The translations under genes were made by a program, and so were the position numbers. This document shows positions 38,825-46,798 of a DNA stretch of 64,000 bases, one piece after another. Source of the stretch: a virus; IMG/VR virus record IMGVR_UViG_3300033550_000002, positions 15,685 to 79,684 of that record, one strand, 5' to 3'. The notes under the pieces are model-generated. The model was not told the origin of the DNA, did no database searches, and was given only the letters and a program-made list of their open reading frames with translations. Each line of letters opens with the position of its first letter. Positions within the stretch are counted from its first letter, which is position 1.

Positions 38825-40399
38825 TCAGGTGAGCCACGGCCACTTCTCGTCGTACCCGGCCTCCAGCGCGAGCACCTGGGCGAAGACCTGGTCGGTCAGT
38901 CCGCCGAACTCGTACCAGCCCTTCAGGCGGGTGTCGATCACGGTCGAGGCGTACCCGACCGGACTGACGCCGTAGAGCTTCACGCCGTCCGGCACCGGCA
39001 GGCTCCCGACGCGGCACTGCATGTCCGAGATCACGAACACGCGGTCGTGGCCGTCGAGACGGTTGCGGATCGCGCCCGAGATGTTCGTGCCGTGGCCGAC
39101 CTCACCGGTCCGCTGGACGAAGTCGCGGGCCGCCGACAGGACGCCCTGGCCCGGCTTCACGTTGTGCCGGAACTCGCTGTCCGCGAAGCCGAACAGGTCC
39201 ACCCGGCCCTGGTTGCGCTGGGCCAGCGTGACGCCGAAGATCGAGGCGACCTCCGACATCATGACCGTCGACTTCTGCGACATCTTCGTGTAGGTCATCG
39301 ACGCCGAGGTGTCGATGAGCACGAGCGTGCGGCCCGGCAGCTCCGGGACGGACTTCAGCGAGCTGTTGATCGCGTCGTCCAGGGCCTGCTTCCAGCGGTC
39401 GCTCGGGGCCTCGCGGTACGCCGTGTAGAACCGGAACGGGAACTGACGGCTCTTCGCCACCTCGGCCGGGTCGGCCAGCCGGTCGGCCAGCGCGCGCGCC
39501 CGCTTCGGGTCGATACCTGCCTCGTCCATGTTCCGCAGGTTCCGCAGCGCGGCCATGTACGGCAGGTGCGGGGCCATGGCGTCCCAGACCTTCTTCGCGC
39601 CGACGCGCGCCTTCAGGTCCGAGACCGCGTTCTCCCACGTGATGCCCGCATCCGTGAAGGCGGAGCCGTCGGCGAGGGACGCGAGCTTGCGCTGGTCGTC
39701 CAGGCCGTACCAGCGCTTGCGGGCCGCGATCATCGGGACCGTCGAGATGTCGCCGTCGCCGTGGTGCCGCTCGTCGAGCAGGTACTTGAACAGGGCACCC
39801 TGCCAGTCGCCTTCACCGCGCTCGGTGCGCGGCTTCGGGTGGACCAGCTCCAGCACGTCCGCGAAGCGCAGGCCGCGCGCGTCGGAGTCCCACTTCAGCA
39901 CGTTCCGCTCGGTGAAGAGGCGGCGGATCGCCATCCCCAGACCGGCGCGGACCGCGTTCGGGAGCGCCCGGCCGAAGGTGAGCTGCCAGTACGCCAGGAA
40001 CTCGGTGATCTCCTCACCCCGCTGGATCACGGAGTCGATCAGCTCGGCGTTGCCGTCGTGCTGGCCCGCCTTGAGCCGGGCGCTGACCGCGTGCGCCGCC
40101 CCGGTCAGGGAAGCGGTGCGGATGTTCGCGTCCGAGCGCAGCCAGCGCAGCAGGCCGCGCAGCCACTCCCAGTCGCCGACCGCGTGCAGCTCCACGAGGT
40201 TGTTGTAGCGGGCGTCGCGGCTGGTGCCCTTCTCATGGAAGGTGTCCTGGCCGACGAGGTTCACGGCCGCGAGGCTGTACAGCTCGCCGCGCAGGCCGTG
40301 CCCGAAGGCCGGGGCTCCCTGGTGGTTCACCGTCGCGCCCTTGACGACGTCCTTCGGGCGTCCGGTCGCCCGGACACCTGCGTTGTTGAAGCGTGCCAT
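38825..40399 (-). CDS. Ro60/TROVE domain RNA-binding protein (Rsr-like)
   Basis: MARFN, R.DANIRT, LVHPKP, TWE, LPYMAALRNLRNM, SRQFPFRFYTAY, vWA LIDTSASM...ISDMQ. Confidence 0.95.
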   Translation of the reverse strand: MARFNNAGVRATGRPKDVVKGATVNHQGAPAFGHGLRGELYSLAAVNLVGQDTFHEKGTSRDARYNNLVELHAVGDWEWLRGLLRWLRSDANIRTASLTGAAHAVSARLKAGQHDGNAELIDSVIQRGEEITEFLAYWQLTFGRALPNAVRAGLGMAIRRLFTERNVLKWDSDARGLRFADVLELVHPKPRTERGEGDWQGALFKYLLDERHHGDGDISTVPMIAARKRWYGLDDQRKLASLADGSAFTDAGITWENAVSDLKARVGAKKVWDAMAPHLPYMAALRNLRNMDEAGIDPKRARALADRLADPAEVAKSRQFPFRFYTAYREAPSDRWKQALDDAINSSLKSVPELPGRTLVLIDTSASMTYTKMSQKSTVMMSEVASIFGVTLAQRNQGRVDLFGFADSEFRHNVKPGQGVLSAARDFVQRTGEVGHGTNISGAIRNRLDGHDRVFVISDMQCRVGSLPVPDGVKLYGVSPVGYASTVIDTRLKGWYEFGGLTDQVFAQVLALEAGYDEKWPWLT

Positions 40400-40414
40400 G
40401 GAACTTCTCCTCTC

Positions 40415-41176
40415 TCAGCCGATGTTCATGGTTCGCCGGTAGTCGGCGAAGCGGGCCTTGCGGATGACCGATCGGTCGGCGCTCCGGAAGACGATGCCTT
40501 CCGGCGAGCCGTGCCCCTTCTCGTCGAGTGCGACGCGGGTCTGGGGCAGGGTGTTGCTCAGGAACCGGTGGGTCCCGAAGTGGGTCTCGGGCATCTCGTA
40601 GCCCATCACGGTGCACAGGTGCGGCACGCGCGGGATGCCGGTCAGGCGGCTGACGTCGTCGAGCTGTTCGACCGACAGGAAGGTCTGGCCGCCGTTCTCA
40701 CGCCACCGGGAGATCGTTTCCCGGTCCCACTCGAAGGGCTGGGTGCCCTCCGTCAGGACGTCGAACATGCGGTGGCCGCGCGATCCGCTGCCCGTGTACT
40801 GCTTCGCCTGGCCGCCGATCTTCGAGCCGTAGACCTCCAGGTACACCGCGACCACGCCGAGTTCCGGGGACAGCTCCGAGATCTGGCACAGGCTCTCCGC
40901 GACGGGGCGCAGCTCGGTGACGATGTCGTGGCTGACGCCGGTCGACGGGACCACCCGGTCACCCTTCGCGTGCAGCAGCTCCTCGCGGGAGCCGATGAAG
41001 TAGTCACCGCCGGGGAGCAGGACGATGCGGCCGTTCGTGCCGTCGACCTTCTCGTAGCCGAACACCTCTCCGGTGAACGGTGTCACCTTGTCGGTGAGCC
41101 GACCCTTCTCGCCGAGGACGTGGTAGGTCTCGATCGATGGGTACTTCGTGACGGAGTTCAGGATTTCCAGGTTCAC
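40415..41176 (-). CDS. ATP-dependent RNA ligase (Rnl2-like nucleotidyltransferase)
   Basis: KYPSI, motif I EKVDGTN, III EVYG, IIIa FDV, IV EGIVFR, V RKAR..DY. Confidence 0.8.
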   Translation of the reverse strand: MNLEILNSVTKYPSIETYHVLGEKGRLTDKVTPFTGEVFGYEKVDGTNGRIVLLPGGDYFIGSREELLHAKGDRVVPSTGVSHDIVTELRPVAESLCQISELSPELGVVAVYLEVYGSKIGGQAKQYTGSGSRGHRMFDVLTEGTQPFEWDRETISRWRENGGQTFLSVEQLDDVSRLTGIPRVPHLCTVMGYEMPETHFGTHRFLSNTLPQTRVALDEKGHGSPEGIVFRSADRSVIRKARFADYRRTMNIG

Positions 41177-41195
41177 GGTTCTCTCCTTTTCCGGG

Positions 41196-41225
41196 AAAAC
41201 AAAAACCCCCTCCGACTGGAGGGGG
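41196..41225 (-). terminator. intrinsic terminator after Y RNA cluster
   Basis: - strand CCCCCTCC-AGTC-GGAGGGGG-TTTTTGTTTT. Confidence 0.8.
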
Positions 41226-41232
41226 CGCGATA

Positions 41233-41394
41233 TGCACAGACGTACCGGCCGGTTCACCAGAGCAACTGCGGTTTTTGGAGACCATTGCTCTACCAATTGA
41301 GCTACCCAGCTTTTCAAGGCCGGGACTGGAATTGAACCAGCAACCCACGGTTTGAAGTAACCGCCGTCTTCGCACCGGCCGGTGCGTCCGTGCA
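41233..41394 (-). ncRNA. Y RNA (YrlA-type) with permuted tRNA domain
   Basis: about 21-bp terminal stem with GGUGCGA/GGUGAACC Ro-site-like helix; T arm GCUGG-UUCAAUU-CCAGU precedes D arm GCUC-AAUUGGUA-GAGC. Confidence 0.85.
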
Positions 41395-41397
41395 CAT

Positions 41398-41567
41398 CAC
41401 AGGAATCCTGGAGCCGCCTGGTTCACCGAGATCGCGACGGGGAACGTTGCGCGTGCTGCCAATTACACTACCGGGCTTTCGCCTTCGCCTGGACTTGAAC
41501 CGGACTACGCCCTCCTGAAGGGGAAGTATCCGTCACTGTCGCACCAGACGACACCAGGATTCCTGTG
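41398..41567 (-). ncRNA. Y RNA (YrlA-type) with permuted tRNA domain
   Basis: CACAGGAAUCCUGG/CCAGGAUUCCUGUG stem, GGUGCGA/GGUGAACC, T loop GGUUCAAGUCC before D arm GUGUAAUUGGCAGCAC. Confidence 0.8.
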
Positions 41568-41570
41568 AAT

Positions 41571-41650
41571 TGCGCCCCCCGGTTCACCGGAACGACTGCG
41601 GAGAGTTTCATTACCAGTGAAGTATCCGCTGTCTTCGCACCGGGGGTGCA
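41571..41650 (-). ncRNA. minimal Y RNA lacking tRNA domain
   Basis: same GGUGCGAAGAC.GCGG.UACUUC and CCGCAGU.G.UC.GGUGAACC motifs, closed by a short loop. Confidence 0.75.
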
Positions 41651-41656
41651 GGAAAA

Positions 41657-41686
41657 ACATTACGGGATGCTGCGACGAGGTCGCAA
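41657..41686 (-). promoter_or_regulatory. sigma70/HrdB-type promoter for Y RNA cluster
   Basis: TTGCGA-18 nt-TAATGT, 6 nt before first Y RNA. Confidence 0.65.
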
Positions 41687-41691
41687 CTCCT

Positions 41692-42165
41692 TTACGCGTA
41701 GACCGCGCAGAGCAGCCAGGAGGCCGTCGTCTGCTGCGGGGTCATCTCCAGCCGCTCCAGCGCCCGGCTCAGCCTGCCCTCCGCGAGGAGGTACTGCGCC
41801 GGGGTGAACGTGAGCGGGTCGATGGCCTGGGGAACGGTGCCGGAAGCCTTGAAGGTCATGCCGGAGGCGACCAGGGAGATGTGCGTGTACTCCAGGTGCC
41901 CGGTCCAGCAGATGTCGATGCCGAGGTGCTTCGCCATGAGCGCGGACAGCGAGTACTCGGCGGAGTCGATCTCCTCCTGGCTCACGTTGCCCGCGCGCAG
42001 GAGCCGCCTGCGCATCTCGTTCTCGTAGTCCGACTCGATGTCGGCCATCCAGTGGCCGTCGAGAAGGCTGCCGTACTCGTCGACCTCGTCGACCTTCCAG
42101 GAGCCCTCGTCGGGACAGCCCAGGTAGAACCCGTACGCGAGGCGCGCACTCGACCCCATCGGCAT
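41692..42165 (-). CDS. hypothetical protein
   Basis: 157-aa ORF, GAGGGG RBS. Confidence 0.6.
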   Translation of the reverse strand: MPMGSSARLAYGFYLGCPDEGSWKVDEVDEYGSLLDGHWMADIESDYENEMRRRLLRAGNVSQEEIDSAEYSLSALMAKHLGIDICWTGHLEYTHISLVASGMTFKASGTVPQAIDPLTFTPAQYLLAEGRLSRALERLEMTPQQTTASWLLCAVYA

Positions 42166-42343
42166 ACCATTTCCCCTCTCCGGAACAAGACCGCGCGTCA
42201 GTACGCGCCGGACTCCTCGTACATCATCGTGATCTTCTGCTCCCGGTAGGCTTCCAGCTCCTCCGGGGACAGGAAGGTCATGCCGTCCTCGATCGCGATA
42301 AAATCGGCCGTGTCGGCCATCTTTTCTTCTCCCTTCCCTTGCG

Positions 42344-42461
42344 TGTACACGATGGGATTCGAACCCACGGACCGCACGGAATCACCAGTTCCGCCCGGTC
42401 GCCTGCCCCTGTCGCTGGGACGACTTCAGCAGGCACCCTTTGGCCACTCGGGCACGTGTAC
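42344..42461 (-). ncRNA. non-canonical tRNA-like RNA (expanded anticodon loop, very long variable arm)
   Basis: acceptor GUACACG/CGUGUAC, D arm CCCGAGUGGCCAAAGGG, anticodon stem GCCUG/CAGGC, T arm GUGGG-UUCGAAU-CCCAU. Confidence 0.7.
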
Positions 42462-42570
42462 TGCCGGACCTCGAACGGTTACCGGCCCAGATTCCGCCTA
42501 CGGGGGTCAATGTGGCCATACGGCTCATCTACGCGGAATCAAGGAGGCTCTTCTGCCACCCCCACCTCAG

Positions 42571-42641
42571 AACCTGTGACGGGATTTGAACCCGCGCCGC
42601 CGACACCCTCACGTCGGAGTGCTGCGCTACACCACACAGGC
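42571..42641 (-). ncRNA. tRNA-like RNA with 8-nt anticodon loop
   Basis: acceptor GCCUGUG/CACAGGU, CCGAC-GUGAGGGU-GUCGG, T arm GCGGG-UUCAAAU-CCCGU; D loop lacks GG. Confidence 0.65.
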
Positions 42642-42753
42642 CGGAATCCAGGAGCGGAAGCGTGGAGCCGCCGCTGTGCCTTCCTGGATTCCTTGTTGGT
42701 TCAAAAAGGACCGAGGGCTGTGCTGTGCCAACAGGGTGCAACCCCCGGTCCAG

Positions 42754-42827
42754 TCGACGGAGAAGGACTTGAACCTTCGACCTCTGGTTTATCAGACCAG
42801 TGCTCTACCGAACTGAGCTATCCGTCG
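42754..42827 (-). tRNA. tRNA-Ile(GAT)
   Basis: canonical cloverleaf CGACGGA/UCCGUCG, loop CU-GAU-AA, T loop UUCAAGU; no encoded CCA. Confidence 0.92.
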
Positions 42828-42938
42828 TTCCTCGCCAGGGGTGGTCGGATCACCCCCGGCGAAGGGTGCGCCGAGGAGGGCCAAATCAACCTCGGTGCGG
42901 GTGTTCTCAGGTGGTCGGACACCCTCGAACTAGTTATT

Positions 42939-42968
42939 ACGTTACCGGAGTTGAGGGCAGGGTGTCAA
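42939..42968 (-). promoter_or_regulatory. sigma70/HrdB-type promoter for tRNA/ncRNA cluster
   Basis: TTGACA-18 nt-TAACGT. Confidence 0.75.
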
Positions 42969-42978
42969 CTTCCTGCGA

Positions 42979-44286
42979 TCAGACCGCGAGGCGGAAGTAC
43001 TCCCCGTCCGGCTTCAGGATTCCGTCGCGGGTGAAGGACCGCAGGAATCCCGTCGCCTGCTGGGTCCCGCAGCCCGTCCAGGAAGCCAGGATCTCCGGCG
43101 TCCAGAAGCCGTCCGGCTGGCTCCTGAGCGCCCGCAGGGCGACGTCCCGGGGAAACTGCCCGACACCGTTCTTCGGGTACGCCAGGAGGCGCACCATGTC
43201 GTCGGTGACCGTCCAGGTGCGGATCAGGTTCCGGCCGTGCACGTTCAGGTACCCGTGCCCCCGGAAGCGCGTTCCGCGCGGGAGCGTGTGCGGCTCCACG
43301 CCGGAGCCGTCGCCGAGCACCGTCGTCGTGTTCTGCGAGGTGTTCACCCGCAGGCAGAAGGAGTAGTCGAAGTTCGAGCGGATGCCCGAGGTGATACCCC
43401 GGTCGTCTCCCGTGCGCAGCGGGTTCTGCGTCATCCACATCAGGATGACCTCGCGGGAACGCCCCTGGCTGGACAGCTCGGTGAGCTTCTGCATCACCGA
43501 CTTGTCCGGGCCCTCCTGGAAGGTGTACTCCTCACCGTCCTGGTTCTTCGGGGCCTTGCCGCGCCGCTTGTCCTCCTCGATCACCGCGCAGAGGACCGAG
43601 TACCCCTCGTCGATGACGATGAGCTTGCGGGGCCCGAGCTGGAAGTCCCACTTGCTCAGGCCCTTCTTGGCCATCAGGGCGGCCCGCTCTTCCATCTTGG
43701 CGTGGGCGGACTCGATGGCCTCGATGATCTCCTCGTGGGCGACCGCGCAGCGGCAGATGCCGCGCCAGACCGTGGCCTCCTCGCCCTTCCCGTCGATGAA
43801 CCAGTCCAGCTCCTCGTCGGGGTGCACGACGGCGCGGGCCATCAGGGACCGCGTGGACCAGCTCTTGCCGGAGCCCGAGGCCCCGCCGACCAGGATGCGC
43901 TCGTTGCGCGGTACGTCGACCTCCTCGCCCGTGACGGTGTCGCGCCCCAGGGTCGTGATGCCGGGGTGCCAGAACATGTCCAGCTCGTCGGTCACGTACC
44001 GGGTCCGGATCGCGTAGAGCACTCGCGAGGACCGGCCGGAGGGCGACAGGTCGCTCAGGTCGGCGTCGAGGACGTCGAGCATGACGCGCAGCTTCTGGTG
44101 CCCGCGCTCCAGCTCGGTCAGGGTGTCGCGGTCGTTGAGTCCGAGGGTCGCCACGACCCCGGACTCGGTCAGGGCGGCGTTGACCAGGCTCACGCCACGG
44201 AAGCCGCGCTTGCGGGACTCGACTTCCCACCAGGCGGGCTGGAGGAGGTCGAGGAGGCGCAGTTCCTCATCCGTCGGCTTCAGCAC
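42979..44286 (-). CDS. TraB-like FtsK/SpoIIIE DNA translocase
   Basis: ILVGGASGSGKS, IDGKG, IVIDE, QGRS, TQNP, IRSNF; short C-terminal wHTH. Confidence 0.85.
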   Translation of the reverse strand: MLKPTDEELRLLDLLQPAWWEVESRKRGFRGVSLVNAALTESGVVATLGLNDRDTLTELERGHQKLRVMLDVLDADLSDLSPSGRSSRVLYAIRTRYVTDELDMFWHPGITTLGRDTVTGEEVDVPRNERILVGGASGSGKSWSTRSLMARAVVHPDEELDWFIDGKGEEATVWRGICRCAVAHEEIIEAIESAHAKMEERAALMAKKGLSKWDFQLGPRKLIVIDEGYSVLCAVIEEDKRRGKAPKNQDGEEYTFQEGPDKSVMQKLTELSSQGRSREVILMWMTQNPLRTGDDRGITSGIRSNFDYSFCLRVNTSQNTTTVLGDGSGVEPHTLPRGTRFRGHGYLNVHGRNLIRTWTVTDDMVRLLAYPKNGVGQFPRDVALRALRSQPDGFWTPEILASWTGCGTQQATGFLRSFTRDGILKPDGEYFRLAV

Positions 44287-44593
44287 GGCGCTCCTCCGGG
44301 GTGACGTCGATGAAGGGCTCCGTGTGCAGGCGCAGGACCAGGCCGGTCTCGACCGCGATGTAGGCGCTGTACGGGGGCACGTGCTGGCAGATGGCGGCGG
44401 CCCTGTCGAGGGCGTCACGGCCCTCCAGGCCGTCCCGGAGGAACCACACGGCCATCGTGTCGGCCGGTCCGAGACCGAGCGACAGGGCGGCGTTGTGCGG
44501 GTTCGTGGCGAGAACGGCGTCCCCGCTGTAGACGTTGTAGGTCAGGTCGCGGCCCCTTCGCCGCGCCTTCACCGCGTAGTACTGGTTGAGCAT
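44267..44593 (-). CDS. hypothetical protein upstream of TraB-like gene
   Basis: AAAGGA RBS; overlaps next start. Confidence 0.55.
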   Translation of the reverse strand: MLNQYYAVKARRRGRDLTYNVYSGDAVLATNPHNAALSLGLGPADTMAVWFLRDGLEGRDALDRAAAICQHVPPYSAYIAVETGLVLRLHTEPFIDVTPEERRAEADG

Positions 44594-44679
44594 TCCTTTC
44601 TCCTTTCACGACGAAGGCCGGTCCGGGCGCGAGGGGATCTCGCCCGGACCGGCCGGTCCTTGGTGCGCCGGAGCGCGGG

Positions 44680-45150
44680 TCAGAAGGTGCTGCCGACGGA
44701 GACGGCCTCGGCGGCCTCGTCCTCGTCGTCCTCGTCGATCTCCGCCTCGATCAGGTCCTCGTCGAGGCCCGCCTCGGCGGCGACGGCGTCGGCCTTGCGG
44801 ATGTCGTCGACCAGCGCCTGCGCCTCGTCGGCGGAGAGGTTGGTGTCGAGGACGATCGCCGGGACCGGGTCGACGCCGGAGGCGTCGGCGCGCTGGACGA
44901 TCGGCTTCACGACGTTGTCGCGGACCGAGTTCTTCAGGCTGACGGCCCAGTCCTCGCCGTTCTTCGCGGCCTCCTGGAAGGCCAGGTCGGCGAAGGCGAA
45001 CAGGTCGTCGTCCTTGGTGGTGGAGCTGGGGTTGTCGAGTGCTGCTTCGACCTGGACGCGGATGTAGCTGCGCAGGTCGGCGTCGGCCGCACCCGGGAAC
45101 TTCAGCTTGGCCTTGCGGGTCAGGGACCGGATCGTGGTTCCGAGCGACAC
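44680..45150 (-). CDS. hypothetical acidic protein
   Basis: GAGG RBS, GTG start. Confidence 0.6.
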   Translation of the reverse strand: MSLGTTIRSLTRKAKLKFPGAADADLRSYIRVQVEAALDNPSSTTKDDDLFAFADLAFQEAAKNGEDWAVSLKNSVRDNVVKPIVQRADASGVDPVPAIVLDTNLSADEAQALVDDIRKADAVAAEAGLDEDLIEAEIDEDDEDEAAEAVSVGSTF

Positions 45151-45229
45151 GGGTTTCTTCCTCTCCTCAACAGCTTTCAGGTTCTGCGCTGTTCTCTGTG
45201 AACAGCTTAGCACGAAATGGCCTGGGCCA

Positions 45230-45589
45230 CTACTTCTGGGCCGGACCCTTCGGGCGCTTGCGGATCGTGGCCGCCGCCGGGTCGTCGGAGTTCGCGAAGT
45301 CCGTCAGCCGGGCCGACGGGACGAACTTGATGACGTACCGCTCCGGCACCAGAACGCGCTCGCCGGTCTGCGGGTTGCGGGCGTACCGGGCGGGCCGCTT
45401 GACGCGGGTGAAGGTGCCGAAGTTCGTGATGGAGGTCGAGCACCCCTGCGCGGCCCGGTTCGCGACGATGTCGAAGACCGTTTCCGTCGCCTCGTAGGCG
45501 GCGGACTGAGTCATCGAGTTGCGGTCCGCGACCTCGTGCGCGAGGGAGAGCTTGTTCAGATTCGTGACGTTCTTGTCGTCCTGGGTCAC
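45230..45589 (-). CDS. HU/IHF-like histone-like DNA-binding protein
   Basis: NK..L...VA, ITNFGTF, R.AR.ARNPQTGE, FVPS..L. Confidence 0.92.
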   Translation of the reverse strand: MTQDDKNVTNLNKLSLAHEVADRNSMTQSAAYEATETVFDIVANRAAQGCSTSITNFGTFTRVKRPARYARNPQTGERVLVPERYVIKFVPSARLTDFANSDDPAAATIRKRPKGPAQK

Positions 45590-45802
45590 GTCGGTTTCCT
45601 TTCCTCAACTAGGCCAAGCATACCACTACTTGGGCAACTGCGCAGCAGGGTTGGCCCGATTGGGCGCAAGGAGTGGTAGCGGAGTGAACAACGGTACGCC
45701 GACAGGCGTGTTTCCGTCACATCTTCCAGGCGGAAAACCGACCTGAATCGGAACGGAAGGAGGGGCCCGGCCGAAGCCGGACCCCTCCTGGGTTCCTCGA
45801 CG

Positions 45803-46096
45803 TCACCGTCCTCGGCGGAACCAGCCGGTTGTGGACTTCGCGTCGCGGTCGGCGAAGGACTCGCCTCCGCCGTTGTCGGATGCGGCCCGACGGCTCGCCC
45901 GGCCCAGAAGGCGGGACTCCGAGGACCGGGGTGCCGCGATGAGCTGACGCATCGCGTCCTGCGTGCTGAGCCCGGTCGCCGACGGCGCGCTGTCGCGCGT
46001 CTGCCGCTCCGCCGCCTTGCGCCGGTTCCGGTCGCTCGCCGACTCCTTGCCCTTCGCCGCGTACTTCGCGGCCAGTCGCTCGTCCCGCTTGCTCAC
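45803..46096 (-). CDS. basic hypothetical protein
   Basis: coupled ORF ending before hairpin. Confidence 0.5.
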   Translation of the reverse strand: MSKRDERLAAKYAAKGKESASDRNRRKAAERQTRDSAPSATGLSTQDAMRQLIAAPRSSESRLLGRASRRAASDNGGGESFADRDAKSTTGWFRRGR

Positions 46097-46476
46097 GTTC
46101 CGTTCCTCTCTTCGATGTGGAGGGACACGGTGATGCCCATCCGGGACTTCGGGGTCCTGTCGTGCGGGTCGTACGCCTTGCTCTCCGCGATGAACACGCA
46201 GGCCATGTCGGCGTCCAGCGCGTCCTCCGGAAGAAGCGTCGAGCGGGCGGTCAGGCTGACCGACCCGATTCGGAACGAGATCGATCCGGGCCGGACCGTC
46301 ACCAGGCCGTCACCGGCCGGGGGCACCGGACCGTTCGGGAAGTCGCCGCCCTTGCCGCCGGACTGGGTCATGGCCAGCTCGCACTCGAACCGGTCCGAGG
46401 TGTCCTCGTGCGCCAGGACGGCGATGACCGCCCCGACCTTCCGGTCCACCCAGGAGGTCACGTTGACCTGGCCCAT
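46093..46476 (-). CDS. hypothetical protein
   Basis: coupled ORF. Confidence 0.5.
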   Translation of the reverse strand: MGQVNVTSWVDRKVGAVIAVLAHEDTSDRFECELAMTQSGGKGGDFPNGPVPPAGDGLVTVRPGSISFRIGSVSLTARSTLLPEDALDADMACVFIAESKAYDPHDRTPKSRMGITVSLHIEERNGT

Positions 46477-46588
46477 CACGCGGCCCCGAGGTTGTCGGGG
46501 TCGAGCGCCACGCTCTCGCCGATCCGGCGGCCGACCAGCATGGCCAGCACGGCGGCCACGGTCACGCACGCCCACGTTCGCATCTTCC

Positions 46589-46798
46589 TCATGCCTGCTT
46601 CTCCTCCTCTTCCTTCTTGCCCTTGAGGTGCCGCTCCAGCGGCCTGGAGGCCGTGATGACCAGGGCCTCGCTCGCGATCAGGGCCGCCAGCGGCCAGCCG
46701 TCCACGTCCGCCGCGCCGACCGCCGTGAGCCAGAGCGCCGCACCAGTGGCGCTCATGACCAGGTAGACCGCGAGGGCCTTGCCCGCCTTGCCGCCCAT
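46589..46798 (-). CDS. small membrane protein
   Basis: two TM segments. Confidence 0.55.
   Translation of the reverse strand: MGGKAGKALAVYLVMSATGAALWLTAVGAADVDGWPLAALIASEALVITASRPLERHLKGKKEEEEKQA

Noticed and set aside
41177-41395. N-terminal extension of the RNA ligase ORF in the track
   Set aside because: Runs through a terminator and a Y RNA; the RBS supports GTG at 41176
41233-41650. Repeated motifs as a CRISPR array or as ordinary tRNA genes
   Set aside because: Each unit has paired 5' and 3' motifs forming a stem, lengths are unequal, and the T arm precedes the D arm; this fits Y RNAs next to TROVE
42280-43034. ORFs across the tRNA cluster
   Set aside because: The region is explained by structured RNAs on the - strand
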